64,000 nt of DNA. Source: Alphaproteobacteria bacterium. Lineage in GTDB: Bacteria > Pseudomonadota > Alphaproteobacteria > MPNO01 > UBA830. Each line of letters opens with the position of its first letter. Position 1 is the first letter of the stretch. The translations under genes and the position numbers were made by a program. Below, in pieces: positions 42,594-51,392 of the stretch. Under the pieces are notes generated by a model. The model saw only the letters and a list, made by a program, of their open reading frames with translations. It was not told where the DNA came from and ran no database searches. The stretch is taken from positions 1,430,994 to 1,494,993 of the forward strand of contig OZ244055.1 of the NCBI GenBank assembly GCA_965214975.1, in the 5' to 3' direction.

Positions 42594-43970
42594 ATGGCCC
42601 CGGAAGACCGCCTCTGCATCGTCCACGCCCGGCTGGCGTGCGGCCGCGGCCTCCGGCGGGGCGGAGTCGCCGTCGGGGCCGACGGCCGGATCCGCGCCGT
42701 TCTCGAGGACGGCGCCCCGGCGGTTCCCGCCGAAACCGTCCTCGACGCCGGGGACCGCCTGCTGTTTCCCGGCTTCATCGACGCCCATGTCCACATGCGC
42801 GACCCGGGCTTCCGGCACAAGGAGGATTTCGGGTCGGGAACGCGCGCCGCGGCCTGCGGCGGCGTCACCACAGTCATGTGCATGCCGAACACCGATCCGC
42901 CGGCGACGTCGCCCGCGGGGTTCGCGGCCGCCCGCGAGGCCGGGGAGGCCGCCAGTCACGTGGACTTCATGCTCCAGGGCGGCGTCACCCGCTCCAACAT
43001 CCGGTCTCTCGGAGAACTGTGGAGGGCGGGCGCGGTCACGCTCGAGGCGTTCCTGTCCGACGCCGGGGAGGAGGACCGCCTCGACGGCGGGCTGGCAGCG
43101 GAGGCGGCCGGAACCATCCGCGCGTTCGGCGGCACCATGGGCGTCTACGCCGGCGACCACGCCCGCCTCGCGGCCGCCGTCGCGGAGCTGCGCGCGGTCC
43201 GCGACGACTTCCGGGCCTTCGCCGAGGCGAGAAGCGCGACGGCCGAGGAAAGCGGCATCCGGTCCGCCATCGCGCTGTGCCGGAAGTTCCGGGTGCGGAC
43301 CGTGCTGCGCCAGGTCTCGACGGCGGGAGGGTTCGATCTGGTCCGCGCGGCGCGGCGGGAGGACCGGGAGCTGCCGCTCGCGGTGGAGGCGACGCCGCAC
43401 CATCTGCAGCTCGACGACGGCCTCCTCGAGGTCTTCGGCGGTTTCGGCCAGGTGATCCCGCCGCTGCGCCCGCCTCGCGACCGCGATGCCGCCGTTGCGG
43501 CGCTCGCCGACGGCACGGCGGATTTCGTGGGCTCGGATCACGCCCCTCACGCGGAGCGGGAGAAGACGGGAAACGTCTGCTGGACGGTGCCCGCCGGAAT
43601 CCCCGGGCTCGACACGCTTGTCCCGGCGGTGCTCGACCTGGCGGCAAGAGGCGCGATCTCGTGGCCGGACGTCGCCCGCCTGCTTGCGGAACGCCCCGCC
43701 CGTCTCTTCGGCCTCTCCGGCAGGAAGGGGCGGATCGCGCCGGGCGCCGACGGCGATCTCGTGCTCGTCGACCCCGGGGTCAGGCGCGCGGTGTCCCGTT
43801 CCGACATCCGGTCCCGCGCCGGACGCTCGCCGTTCGAGGGACGGATCCTTGCAGGATGGCCCGTCGCCACCATACTGCGCGGCAAGGTGATCGCCCGTGA
43901 CGGCGAGCTCGTGTCGGAACGGCCGGGCGGACGCTTCACCCGCCGCGGCACGAGCCGATGGGAGAGGTGA
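42594..43970 (+). CDS. Cyclic amidohydrolase (dihydroorotase / dihydropyrimidinase-like) paralog, 458 aa
   Basis: DAHVHMRDPG, CMPNTDP and SDHAPH metal-ligand pattern of the DHOase/hydantoinase family. Confidence 0.75.
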   Translation: MAPEDRLCIVHARLACGRGLRRGGVAVGADGRIRAVLEDGAPAVPAETVLDAGDRLLFPGFIDAHVHMRDPGFRHKEDFGSGTRAAACGGVTTVMCMPNTDPPATSPAGFAAAREAGEAASHVDFMLQGGVTRSNIRSLGELWRAGAVTLEAFLSDAGEEDRLDGGLAAEAAGTIRAFGGTMGVYAGDHARLAAAVAELRAVRDDFRAFAEARSATAEESGIRSAIALCRKFRVRTVLRQVSTAGGFDLVRAARREDRELPLAVEATPHHLQLDDGLLEVFGGFGQVIPPLRPPRDRDAAVAALADGTADFVGSDHAPHAEREKTGNVCWTVPAGIPGLDTLVPAVLDLAARGAISWPDVARLLAERPARLFGLSGRKGRIAPGADGDLVLVDPGVRRAVSRSDIRSRAGRSPFEGRILAGWPVATILRGKVIARDGELVSERPGGRFTRRGTSRWER

Positions 43971-44685
43971 CATCTACGGATCGCGCAGCAGGATCGGCCT
44001 CATCGTCCCCGCCAACAACTCGGTGATCGAGCCCGAGCTCTGGTCCCGCGCGCCGACAGGCGTCTCGATCCACGCAACCCGCGTCCTCGCCCGCGGCGAG
44101 CTGACTCCCGACGCGATCAGGAAGATGGAGAGTTCGGTCGACCGGGCGGTCGAGGAACTCGCCGCGACCGGCGTGAACGTGATCGTCTACGCCGACATGG
44201 TCACCAGCTTCGTCATGGACCCCGGCTGGAACGAGAGACGGACAGGCGCCATAGCGGAGGCGGCCGGCGTGCCCTGCCTGTCCGCCTGGACGGCCATGCG
44301 ATCCTCGCTCGACGCCCTCGGGGTCTCGCGCCTGGTTCTCGGGACGCCGTACCCTTCCGGACTTCATGCGCTCGCGCCGCCGTTCTTCGCCGCCAACGGA
44401 TACGAGATCATTGATCACAAAACTCTTGACATCAGGATGATGCATGACGTTCCCAAAATTGAAAGAGAGCGTCTGGAGGATCTCGTTGGCAGCCTCGATG
44501 CCGATGGCGCCGAGGCCGCGGTCCTCCTCGCGACGGACTTGCCGACGTTCGAGGCGTTCGAGGCCCTCGAGGATCTGCTAGACCTGCCGGTGCTCTCGTC
44601 GAACCAGGCCATCCTGCGGACGGCGTTGCGCCGGACAGGGGTCGGGGATCCTCTCTTCGGGCTCGGAAAGCTCGGCAGCCTGTGA
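43897..44685 (+). CDS. Asp/Glu/hydantoin racemase superfamily protein (maleate-isomerase / hydantoin-racemase-like). Only a GTG at 43897 is in frame, which would overlap the upstream gene by 74 nt.
   Basis: IGLIVPANNSVIEPE N-terminal motif and a second-half Cys region are typical of this superfamily. No ATG/GTG/TTG occurs in frame after the upstream stop at 43970. Confidence 0.6.
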   Translation: MTASSCRNGRADASPAAARADGRGDIYGSRSRIGLIVPANNSVIEPELWSRAPTGVSIHATRVLARGELTPDAIRKMESSVDRAVEELAATGVNVIVYADMVTSFVMDPGWNERRTGAIAEAAGVPCLSAWTAMRSSLDALGVSRLVLGTPYPSGLHALAPPFFAANGYEIIDHKTLDIRMMHDVPKIERERLEDLVGSLDADGAEAAVLLATDLPTFEAFEALEDLLDLPVLSSNQAILRTALRRTGVGDPLFGLGKLGSL

Positions 44686-44714
44686 CGCCGCCGTCCGGGC
44701 GGTTCCGCCGGCGT

Positions 44715-45938
44715 TCAGGACGCCGCGGCGATCCGCTCGACGGCGGCCGCGAGAACGCGGCAGCCGGTGACGATGTCCTCTTCGGAGGTGTCTTCCGCCT
44801 CGCTGTGGCTCTTTCCGCGGATGCTCGGAATGAACAGCATCGCGGCAGGCAGGCGGCGGGCGACGATCATGGCGTCGTGCCCCGCCCCGCTCGGCATCTC
44901 CATGACGCCGACGCCGCAGTCCCCGGCGGCCGCCCGGATCCGCGCCGTCAGCGTCCGGTCCATCTCGGTCGGCGCCACGTCCAGGGCCTTCGTGGCCTCG
45001 CAGAGAAGGCCCGTCCGCTTCCCGATCGCTTCAAGGCAGTTGCGCGCCGCCGCTTCCATGGCGTCGAGCACCGACGCCGAGAGATCGCGGAACTCGAGCG
45101 AGAACAGCGCTTTCGCGGGCACCACGTTCTCGGCGCCCGGCTCGAAGCGGATCGTCCCGATGTTCCACACGCTGCCGCCGCCTCCGGCCTCCTTCATCGC
45201 GTCGTAGAGCGCCCCCGCGCAGCGGACCGCCGCCTGCCCGGCGTCCTTGCGCATGTCCATCGGCACCGTGCCGGCGTGATCCGCCTCGCCCACGATCTCG
45301 ACGCGGAGCCTCCTGATGCCCACGAGTCCCGTCACCACGCCGATCCCGACCCTCGCCGCCTCGAGCCGCGGTCCCTGCTCGATGTGGGCTTCCAGATACG
45401 CGAGGTGACGGCCGGGATCGGCAACGACCGCCGGATTGCCGCGATATCCGCATCGTCCGATCGCCTCGGCCAGAGGTTCGCCGTCGAGTCCGCTGGCCGA
45501 GGCGATCCGGTCCTCTCCGAGCTGCTCGACGAAACTCAGGCTTCCGAGGCAGGGCAGGTAGGTTCCCTCCTCGTCCATGAACGAGACCGCCTCGACCGCG
45601 ATCCCGGATCCCGCCTCCACGGCGCAACGCGCAATCTCCAGCCCGTAGATGACGCCTAGGGAGCCGTCGAGCCAGCCGCCCACGGGCACCGAATCCGAAT
45701 GCGAGCCGATGACCAGCGCGCGGCCTTCGCCGGGAGTGCGGCCGAAGACGTTACCCACGTTGTCGACCACGGTCTCGAGGCCGGCTTCCGCCATACGCTC
45801 TCTCAGCCAGGCCCGGGCGCGGGTATCGGCCTCCGAATAGGAAACACGGCCGACACCGGTGGTCAGCTTGCCGAACTCCGCCAGGGCGTGGAGGTCGTCG
45901 AGCAGCCGCCGGCCGTCGACGCGCAGGGAATCCGTCAT
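44715..45938 (-). CDS. N-carbamoyl-L-amino-acid amidohydrolase / allantoate amidohydrolase (M20 Zn-peptidase family), 407 aa
   Basis: M20 metal ligands (GSHSDSV, ..D.., EEG, H at the C-terminus) and the AmaB/HyuC-type dimerisation-domain layout. ATG 45938 confirmed. Confidence 0.8.
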   Translation of the reverse strand: MTDSLRVDGRRLLDDLHALAEFGKLTTGVGRVSYSEADTRARAWLRERMAEAGLETVVDNVGNVFGRTPGEGRALVIGSHSDSVPVGGWLDGSLGVIYGLEIARCAVEAGSGIAVEAVSFMDEEGTYLPCLGSLSFVEQLGEDRIASASGLDGEPLAEAIGRCGYRGNPAVVADPGRHLAYLEAHIEQGPRLEAARVGIGVVTGLVGIRRLRVEIVGEADHAGTVPMDMRKDAGQAAVRCAGALYDAMKEAGGGGSVWNIGTIRFEPGAENVVPAKALFSLEFRDLSASVLDAMEAAARNCLEAIGKRTGLLCEATKALDVAPTEMDRTLTARIRAAAGDCGVGVMEMPSGAGHDAMIVARRLPAAMLFIPSIRGKSHSEAEDTSEEDIVTGCRVLAAAVERIAAAS

Positions 45939-46153
45939 GGTCGCACCCGGAACCGCAGTGATCGCCCGAGAAGGTTCCCGCCATCCTAACGCCTGTCCGG
46001 CAAGACGGATAGGGTCGTTTCCCGAGCGCTTCGACCCACGCTCCGACCCGGGCTTCCCGCGCTCGGCCGCGTGACCGGCGGCGGAGACCGCTTCGGGGTT
46101 CGTCAGGACGTCCGGGACGCCTGTGTCCGCCGGCAGGATCTCTTTCGAGACGC

Positions 46154-47940
46154 CCCGAGCGTCCGGAGCGCCTTGAATCCGTTGCGGTCGCCACTAGAAT
46201 GGCCCCGCGCCACGCTCGGCGTGCGCGCCCGGGAGTGCCGGTGGCGGCCGACCTTGGGGACGAGGCGTTTCCGGCATGCCCGCATGGGACGGGCAGGCGT
46301 CCGGCAGGGAAAGCCCGAGCCATGGACCGACGCAAGCTGCCGATCGGCATCCAGACCTTTCGCGAGATCCGCGAGGAAGGCCACTACTACGTCGACAAGA
46401 CCGGCTACGCGAAAAGGCTGGTCGACGAAGGCAAGCACCATTTCCTGTCGCGGCCGCGGCGGTTCGGCAAGAGCCTGTTCCTCGACACGCTGAAGGAGCT
46501 GTTCGAGGGCAGCGAGGCGCTGTTCGAGGGACTCGCCGTCCACGGCCAGTGGGACTGGTCGGTGCGCCATCCGGTCGTGCGTCTGAGCTTCGGCCGGGGC
46601 GATTTCGAGCAACCGGGCTTTCTCGAGCGGAACGTCGCCGCGCAGCTGGACGAAATCGAGGAAGGCGCGGGTCTGGCGGCCCGATACCCCGATGCGCCGG
46701 ACCGCCTCGCGCACCTGATCAGGACGCTTCACAGACAAGCGGGCCAAAGGGCGGTCTTCCTGGTGGACGAGTACGACAAGCCGGTTCTCGACGCCCTGGG
46801 GGATCCGGAACGGGCGCGCGCGAACCGCAACTATCTGCGCGGGCTCTACTCGACCCTCAAGGACAGCGACGCCCACATCGAGTTCAGCTTCATCACCGGG
46901 GTGAGCAAGTTCACCCGGACGAGCCTGTTCTCGGGCATGAACAACCTCAGGGACATCACCCTGGATCCGCGTCATTCGGCGATCTGCGGCTACACCGAGG
47001 CCGATCTGGACACGACGTTCGCGCCGGAACTCGAGGGGCTCGACCGCGCGGCGGTCCGCGAGTGGTACAACGGCTACTCGTGGCTCGGCGAGGACAGGGT
47101 CTACAATCCGTTCGGGATTCTGCAGCTGTTCGACAGACGGGAGTTCAGGGCGTGGTGGTTCGAGACCGGCACGCCGACCTTCCTGGTCGACTTGCTGAGG
47201 TCGCGCGACGTGTTTCCCGTGGATCTCGAGAACATGCCGGCAAGCGAGGAGCTCCTGTCGGCGTTCGACGTCGGCGACATCGCGCCCGAGGCGCTGCTGT
47301 TCCAGACCGGCTATCTCACGATCACGGGCACCGAGAAACGCGGCACGCGGATCCGCCACCGGCTCGGCTACCCGAACCGGGAGGTGCGGGAGAGCCTGAA
47401 CCGATGGCTGCTGCGCAGTCTGGCGCCGGTGTCCGCGGCCGAGGAGGAGGAGCGGAACGACCGGCTTTTCGATCTTCTGGAGAGCGCGGATCTTTCCGGC
47501 ATGGAGGCGCTGTTCCATTCGGTGCTCGCAAGCGTTCCCCACCAGTGGCACGCCGGGGCCGCCGTCACCAGGCACGAGGCCTGGTTCGCCAGCGTGTTCT
47601 ATTCGTACTTTCTGGGTTCCGGCCTCGACGCGCGGGCGGAGGACACGACGAACCGGGGACGGATCGACATGTCCGTGCTGACGGACAGGCATGTCTACCT
47701 GTTCGAGTTCAAGGTGCTGGGGTCCGCCGCCAGGGGCGGCGCGATGCGCCAGCTGCGCGAGAGGGGCTACGCGGAAAAGTACAGGAGCCGCGGTCTCCCG
47801 ATCCATCTCGTCGGAGTGGAGTTCGACCCCGGGAAACGCAACATCGCGACCTTCGAGACCGCGCGGGCGTGAGTCCCGGGAACGGCTCCCGGCGACGCCC
47901 GGCGTCCCGTCCCTTTCGCGCTCCTGACCCGCATCTTCCG
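46154..47940. repeat. Direct repeat copy 1 (~1.79 kb), ~98% identical to 49361..51147 except for a ~140-nt divergent patch (46626..46765)
   Basis: Aligned by eye; a constant offset of 3207 nt holds from the leader (cccgagcgtccggagcgcc...) through the 3' flank (...gacccgcatcttccg). Confidence 0.85.
46322..47872 (+). CDS. AAA-ATPase-like (PF09820-type) + C-terminal PD-(D/E)xK nuclease-like (PDDEXK_9 / DUF1703-type) protein, 516 aa, copy 1
   Basis: N-terminal FLSRPRRFGKSLFLDT (P-loop-like GKS), VDEYDKP (Walker-B-like) and a C-terminal D...E.K block (RIDMSVLTDRHVYLFEFKV). ATG 46322 confirmed by codon count. Confidence 0.7.
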   Translation: MDRRKLPIGIQTFREIREEGHYYVDKTGYAKRLVDEGKHHFLSRPRRFGKSLFLDTLKELFEGSEALFEGLAVHGQWDWSVRHPVVRLSFGRGDFEQPGFLERNVAAQLDEIEEGAGLAARYPDAPDRLAHLIRTLHRQAGQRAVFLVDEYDKPVLDALGDPERARANRNYLRGLYSTLKDSDAHIEFSFITGVSKFTRTSLFSGMNNLRDITLDPRHSAICGYTEADLDTTFAPELEGLDRAAVREWYNGYSWLGEDRVYNPFGILQLFDRREFRAWWFETGTPTFLVDLLRSRDVFPVDLENMPASEELLSAFDVGDIAPEALLFQTGYLTITGTEKRGTRIRHRLGYPNREVRESLNRWLLRSLAPVSAAEEEERNDRLFDLLESADLSGMEALFHSVLASVPHQWHAGAAVTRHEAWFASVFYSYFLGSGLDARAEDTTNRGRIDMSVLTDRHVYLFEFKVLGSAARGGAMRQLRERGYAEKYRSRGLPIHLVGVEFDPGKRNIATFETARA

Positions 47941-48131
47941 CAGGAACTTTCGGCGGTCCAGCCGATCCAGGCATCCTGGCACACGGTCCTGAAGGCGCCG
48001 GACTGCCGCCCCGCAAGCGCGACCCACTCCCCGCGCCATGCGACGATGTAGCGCGGCCCGCGTCCGGCGAGGAACTCGACGGAATCGAGGACTTCCGGCG
48101 CAGCCGGGGGCGCAAGCACCGGATCGCGACC

Positions 48132-49172
48132 GTGCTCGCGATCCATCTTCTCGCGCGGCTCTCGAATATGCGCGGGCCGGTCGCCGCCGCCGAGTACGCG
48201 GGCACGCTGTCGCAGCGGGAGCTGGAAGCGCTCGGCGCCTGGAAAGACCCGAAGACCGGCCGCTTCGTGCCGGTCCCGGAGTCGACCCTGCACCGGGTCG
48301 TCACCTCCGTCGACCCCGAGCGGTTCGAGGCGGCGCTACAGCGCTTCGCGATGGCGCGGCTGAACCTCGGCCGCGCGATCGCGGTCGACGGCAAGCGCAT
48401 CCGCGGCGCGAACCGCAACGGCGCGGACCACCACGAGACCGCGACCCTGGTCGACCACGCGACCCGCGCGCCGCTCGCAAGCCTCGCCTTCAACGAGGAG
48501 GGCGGCGAGGTCGCCGCCGTGCACGCGCCGCTCGAGCGGGTTCCCGTCGACGGCCGCGTGATCACCCTCGACGCGCTCCACACAACCCGCAAAACCGCCC
48601 GCCTCGTCAAGGACACCCACGGCGCCGACTATCTCATGACGGTCAAGGGAAACGCTCCCGAGACCCGGGAGATCCTCTCCTCCATCGACTGGGAAGACGA
48701 CGGGCACGGCCACTTCACCGAAGACATCGACAAGGTCCACGGACGCAGCGGGCAACGCCGCATCACGACCCTGACCCCGCACCCGCGCCTGATCAACTAT
48801 CCCCACGTCGACCGGATCTTCCGGGTCACCCGCGAGCGCACCGACGCGCGCCGCAACGGCACCGGAGAGACCGCCGGCGGGCACGCCTACGGCATCACCT
48901 CCGCGCCGGCGGAGCGCGCCTCCCCGCAGGATCTTCTCGCCTGGAACCGTGGACACTGGGCGGTCGAGGCCCACCACCACGTCCGGGACACGGTCTTCGG
49001 CGAGGACACGTGCCTCGCGCGAACCGGCTTCGCGCCCGAGAACAACGCGACCGCCACCAGCCTCGCGCTCGCGGTCATCATCCACAGGACCGGCTCCGCC
49101 GGCATCGCCTCGGCAACCCGGCGCTTCGCGCTCCGGCGCAGGGACGCCTTCGCCGCGATCCTGTCCCCCTGA
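48132..49172 (+). mobile_element. ISAs1-family transposase, apparently 5'-truncated (346-aa ORF from GTG 48132; the frame stays open upstream to the repeat junction with no start codon)
   Basis: AIAVDGKRIRG...ETATLVDHA...ITLDALHTTRKTARLVKDTHGADYLMTVKGN matches the ISAs1 (H-repeat) DDE core. The upstream in-frame peptide IEDFRRSRGRKHRIATVLAIHLLARL matches the DDE_Tnp_1_assoc N-terminal region but has no ATG/GTG/TTG. Confidence 0.65.
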
Positions 49173-49360
49173 ACGCCGCGGCGCGCCGCCGCAACGCCGC
49201 CGGTCCGCCGGCATCGACCTCCGGCACCTCCGGACCCGAATCCCGCCCCGGAAGAAGGCCGCGAACCCGCGAAACGGGCCGTCGCGCGCCGGCCGCAACG
49301 CCCGGACGCGGCCCGGACCGACCGCAATCGGCCGCAATCGGGGAGCGTGGGATAGTCCTG

Positions 49361-51147
49361 CCCGAGCGTCCGGAGCGCCTTGAATCCGTTGCCGTCGCCA
49401 CTAGAATGGCCCCGCGCCACGCTCGGCGTGCGCGCCCGGGAGTGCCGGTGGCGGCCGACCTTGGGGACGAGGCGTTTCCGGCATGCCCGCATGGGACGGG
49501 CAGGCGTCCGGCAGGGAAAGCCCGAGCCATGGACCGACGCAAGCTGCCGATCGGCATCCAGACCTTTCGCGAGATCCGCGAGGAAGGCCACTACTACGTC
49601 GACAAGACCGGCTACGCGAAAAGGCTGGTCGACGAAGGCAAGCACCATTTCCTGTCGCGGCCGCGGCGGTTTGGCAAGAGCCTGTTCCTCGACACGCTGA
49701 AGGAGCTGTTCGAGGGCAGCGAGGCTCTGTTCGAGGGACTCGCCGTCCACGGCCAGTGGGACTGGTCGGTGCGTCATCCGGTCGTGCGTCTGAGCTTCGG
49801 CCGCGGCGATTTCGAGCAACCGGGCTTTCTCGACCGCAACATCGCGACCCAGCTCGATGCCGTTGAAAGGCGATCGGACCTGAAGTCCGGATATTCCGAT
49901 GCATCCGAGCGTTTCGCCTACCTGCTCGAGGCGCTTCACGAGCGGACGGGACAGAGGGTCGTCGTGCTGGTGGACGAGTACGACAAGCCGGTTCTCGACG
50001 CCCTGGGGGATCCGGAACGGGCGCGCGCGAACCGCAACTATCTGCGCGGGCTCTACTCGACCCTCAAGGACAGCGACGCCCACATCGCGTTCAGCTTCAT
50101 CACCGGGGTGAGCAAGTTCACCCGGACGAGCCTGTTCTCGGGCATGAACAACCTCAGGGACATCACGCTCGATTCGCGCTACTCCGCGATCTGCGGCTAC
50201 ACCGAGGCCGATCTGGACACGACGTTCGCGCCGGAACTCGAGGGGCTCGACCGCGCGACGGTCCGCGAGTGGTACAACGGCTACTCGTGGCTCGGCGAGG
50301 ACAGGGTCTACAACCCGTTCGGGATTCTGCAGCTGTTCGACAGACGGGAGTTCAGGGCGTGGTGGTTCGAGACCGGCACGCCGACCTTCCTGGTCGACTT
50401 GCTGAGATCGCGCGACGTGTTTCCCGTGGATCTCGAGAACATGCCGGCAAGCGAGGAACTCCTGTCGGCGTTCGACGTCGGCGACATCGCGCCCGAGGCG
50501 CTGCTGTTCCAGACCGGCTATCTCACGATCACGGGCACGGACAGACGCGGCACGCGGATCCGCCACCGGCTCGGCTACCCGAACCGGGAGGTGCGGGAGA
50601 GCCTGAACCGATGGCTGCTGCGCAGTCTGGCGCCGGTGTCCGCGACCGAGGAGGAGGAACGGAACGACCGGCTTTTCGATCTTCTGGAGAGCGCGGATCT
50701 TTCCGGCATGGAGGCGCTGTTCCATTCGGTGCTCGCAAGCGTTCCCCACCAGTGGCACGCCGGGGCCGCCGTCACCAGGCACGAGGCCTGGTTCGCCAGC
50801 GTGTTCTATTCGTACTTTCTGGGTTCCGGCCTCGACGCGCGGGCGGAGGACACGACGAACCGGGGACGGATCGACATGTCCGTGCTGACGGACAGGCACG
50901 TCTACCTGTTCGAGTTCAAGGTGCTGGGGTCCGCCGCCAGGGGCGGCGCGATGCGCCAGCTGCGCGAGAGGGGCTACGCGGAAAAGTACAGGAGCCGCGG
51001 TCTCCCGATCCATCTCGTCGGAGTGGAGTTCGACCCCGGGAAACGCAACATCGCGACCTTCGAGACCGCGCGGGCGTGAGTCCCGGGAACGGCTCCCGGC
51101 GACGCCCGGCGTCCCGTCCCTTTCGCGCTCCTGACCCGCATCTTCCG
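49361..51147. repeat. Direct repeat copy 2 (~1.79 kb); divergent patch at ~49833..49972, which is lower in GC than the rest
   Basis: See copy 1. This copy's patch encodes DRNIATQLDAVERRSDLKSGYSDASERFAYLLEALHERTGQRVVV, against ERNVAAQLDEIEEGAGLAARYPDAPDRLAHLIRTLHRQAGQRAVF in copy 1. Confidence 0.85.
49529..51079 (+). CDS. AAA-ATPase-like + PD-(D/E)xK (DUF1703-type) protein, 516 aa, copy 2
   Basis: Same length and motifs as copy 1. Differs at ~35 residues clustered in aa ~103-148, plus a few scattered substitutions. Confidence 0.7.
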   Translation: MDRRKLPIGIQTFREIREEGHYYVDKTGYAKRLVDEGKHHFLSRPRRFGKSLFLDTLKELFEGSEALFEGLAVHGQWDWSVRHPVVRLSFGRGDFEQPGFLDRNIATQLDAVERRSDLKSGYSDASERFAYLLEALHERTGQRVVVLVDEYDKPVLDALGDPERARANRNYLRGLYSTLKDSDAHIAFSFITGVSKFTRTSLFSGMNNLRDITLDSRYSAICGYTEADLDTTFAPELEGLDRATVREWYNGYSWLGEDRVYNPFGILQLFDRREFRAWWFETGTPTFLVDLLRSRDVFPVDLENMPASEELLSAFDVGDIAPEALLFQTGYLTITGTDRRGTRIRHRLGYPNREVRESLNRWLLRSLAPVSATEEEERNDRLFDLLESADLSGMEALFHSVLASVPHQWHAGAAVTRHEAWFASVFYSYFLGSGLDARAEDTTNRGRIDMSVLTDRHVYLFEFKVLGSAARGGAMRQLRERGYAEKYRSRGLPIHLVGVEFDPGKRNIATFETARA

Positions 51148-51392
51148 TTCGTCACGCCACCCGGAAGGCGTTGCGGGCGGCCGTTGCATCGGATCTTGCG
51201 GGGGCCTGTCGGGCGGAGCGGCCGGGCCGGCGCCCGGTTTCGGCTCCCGACAGTCCCGTCCCGAGCGCCCCGAACGGACGGCGGCATTCGTCACCCGTCG
51301 CGCGAGAGTGTATCCTGTACGGTGGATTCGCCGCCTCTGCGGGAGCCGTCGCGCGGTTCGTGAATCCTGCCTCCTCCCGGAACCTGGCGAAG

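Noticed and set aside
48038-51079. 1013-aa ORF spanning the transposase region and repeat copy 2
   Set aside because: It is a frame-fusion artefact. Its N-terminal 480 residues are low-complexity antisense-type sequence, and only the last 516 aa (from ATG 49529) correspond to the AAA-ATPase/PDDEXK protein.
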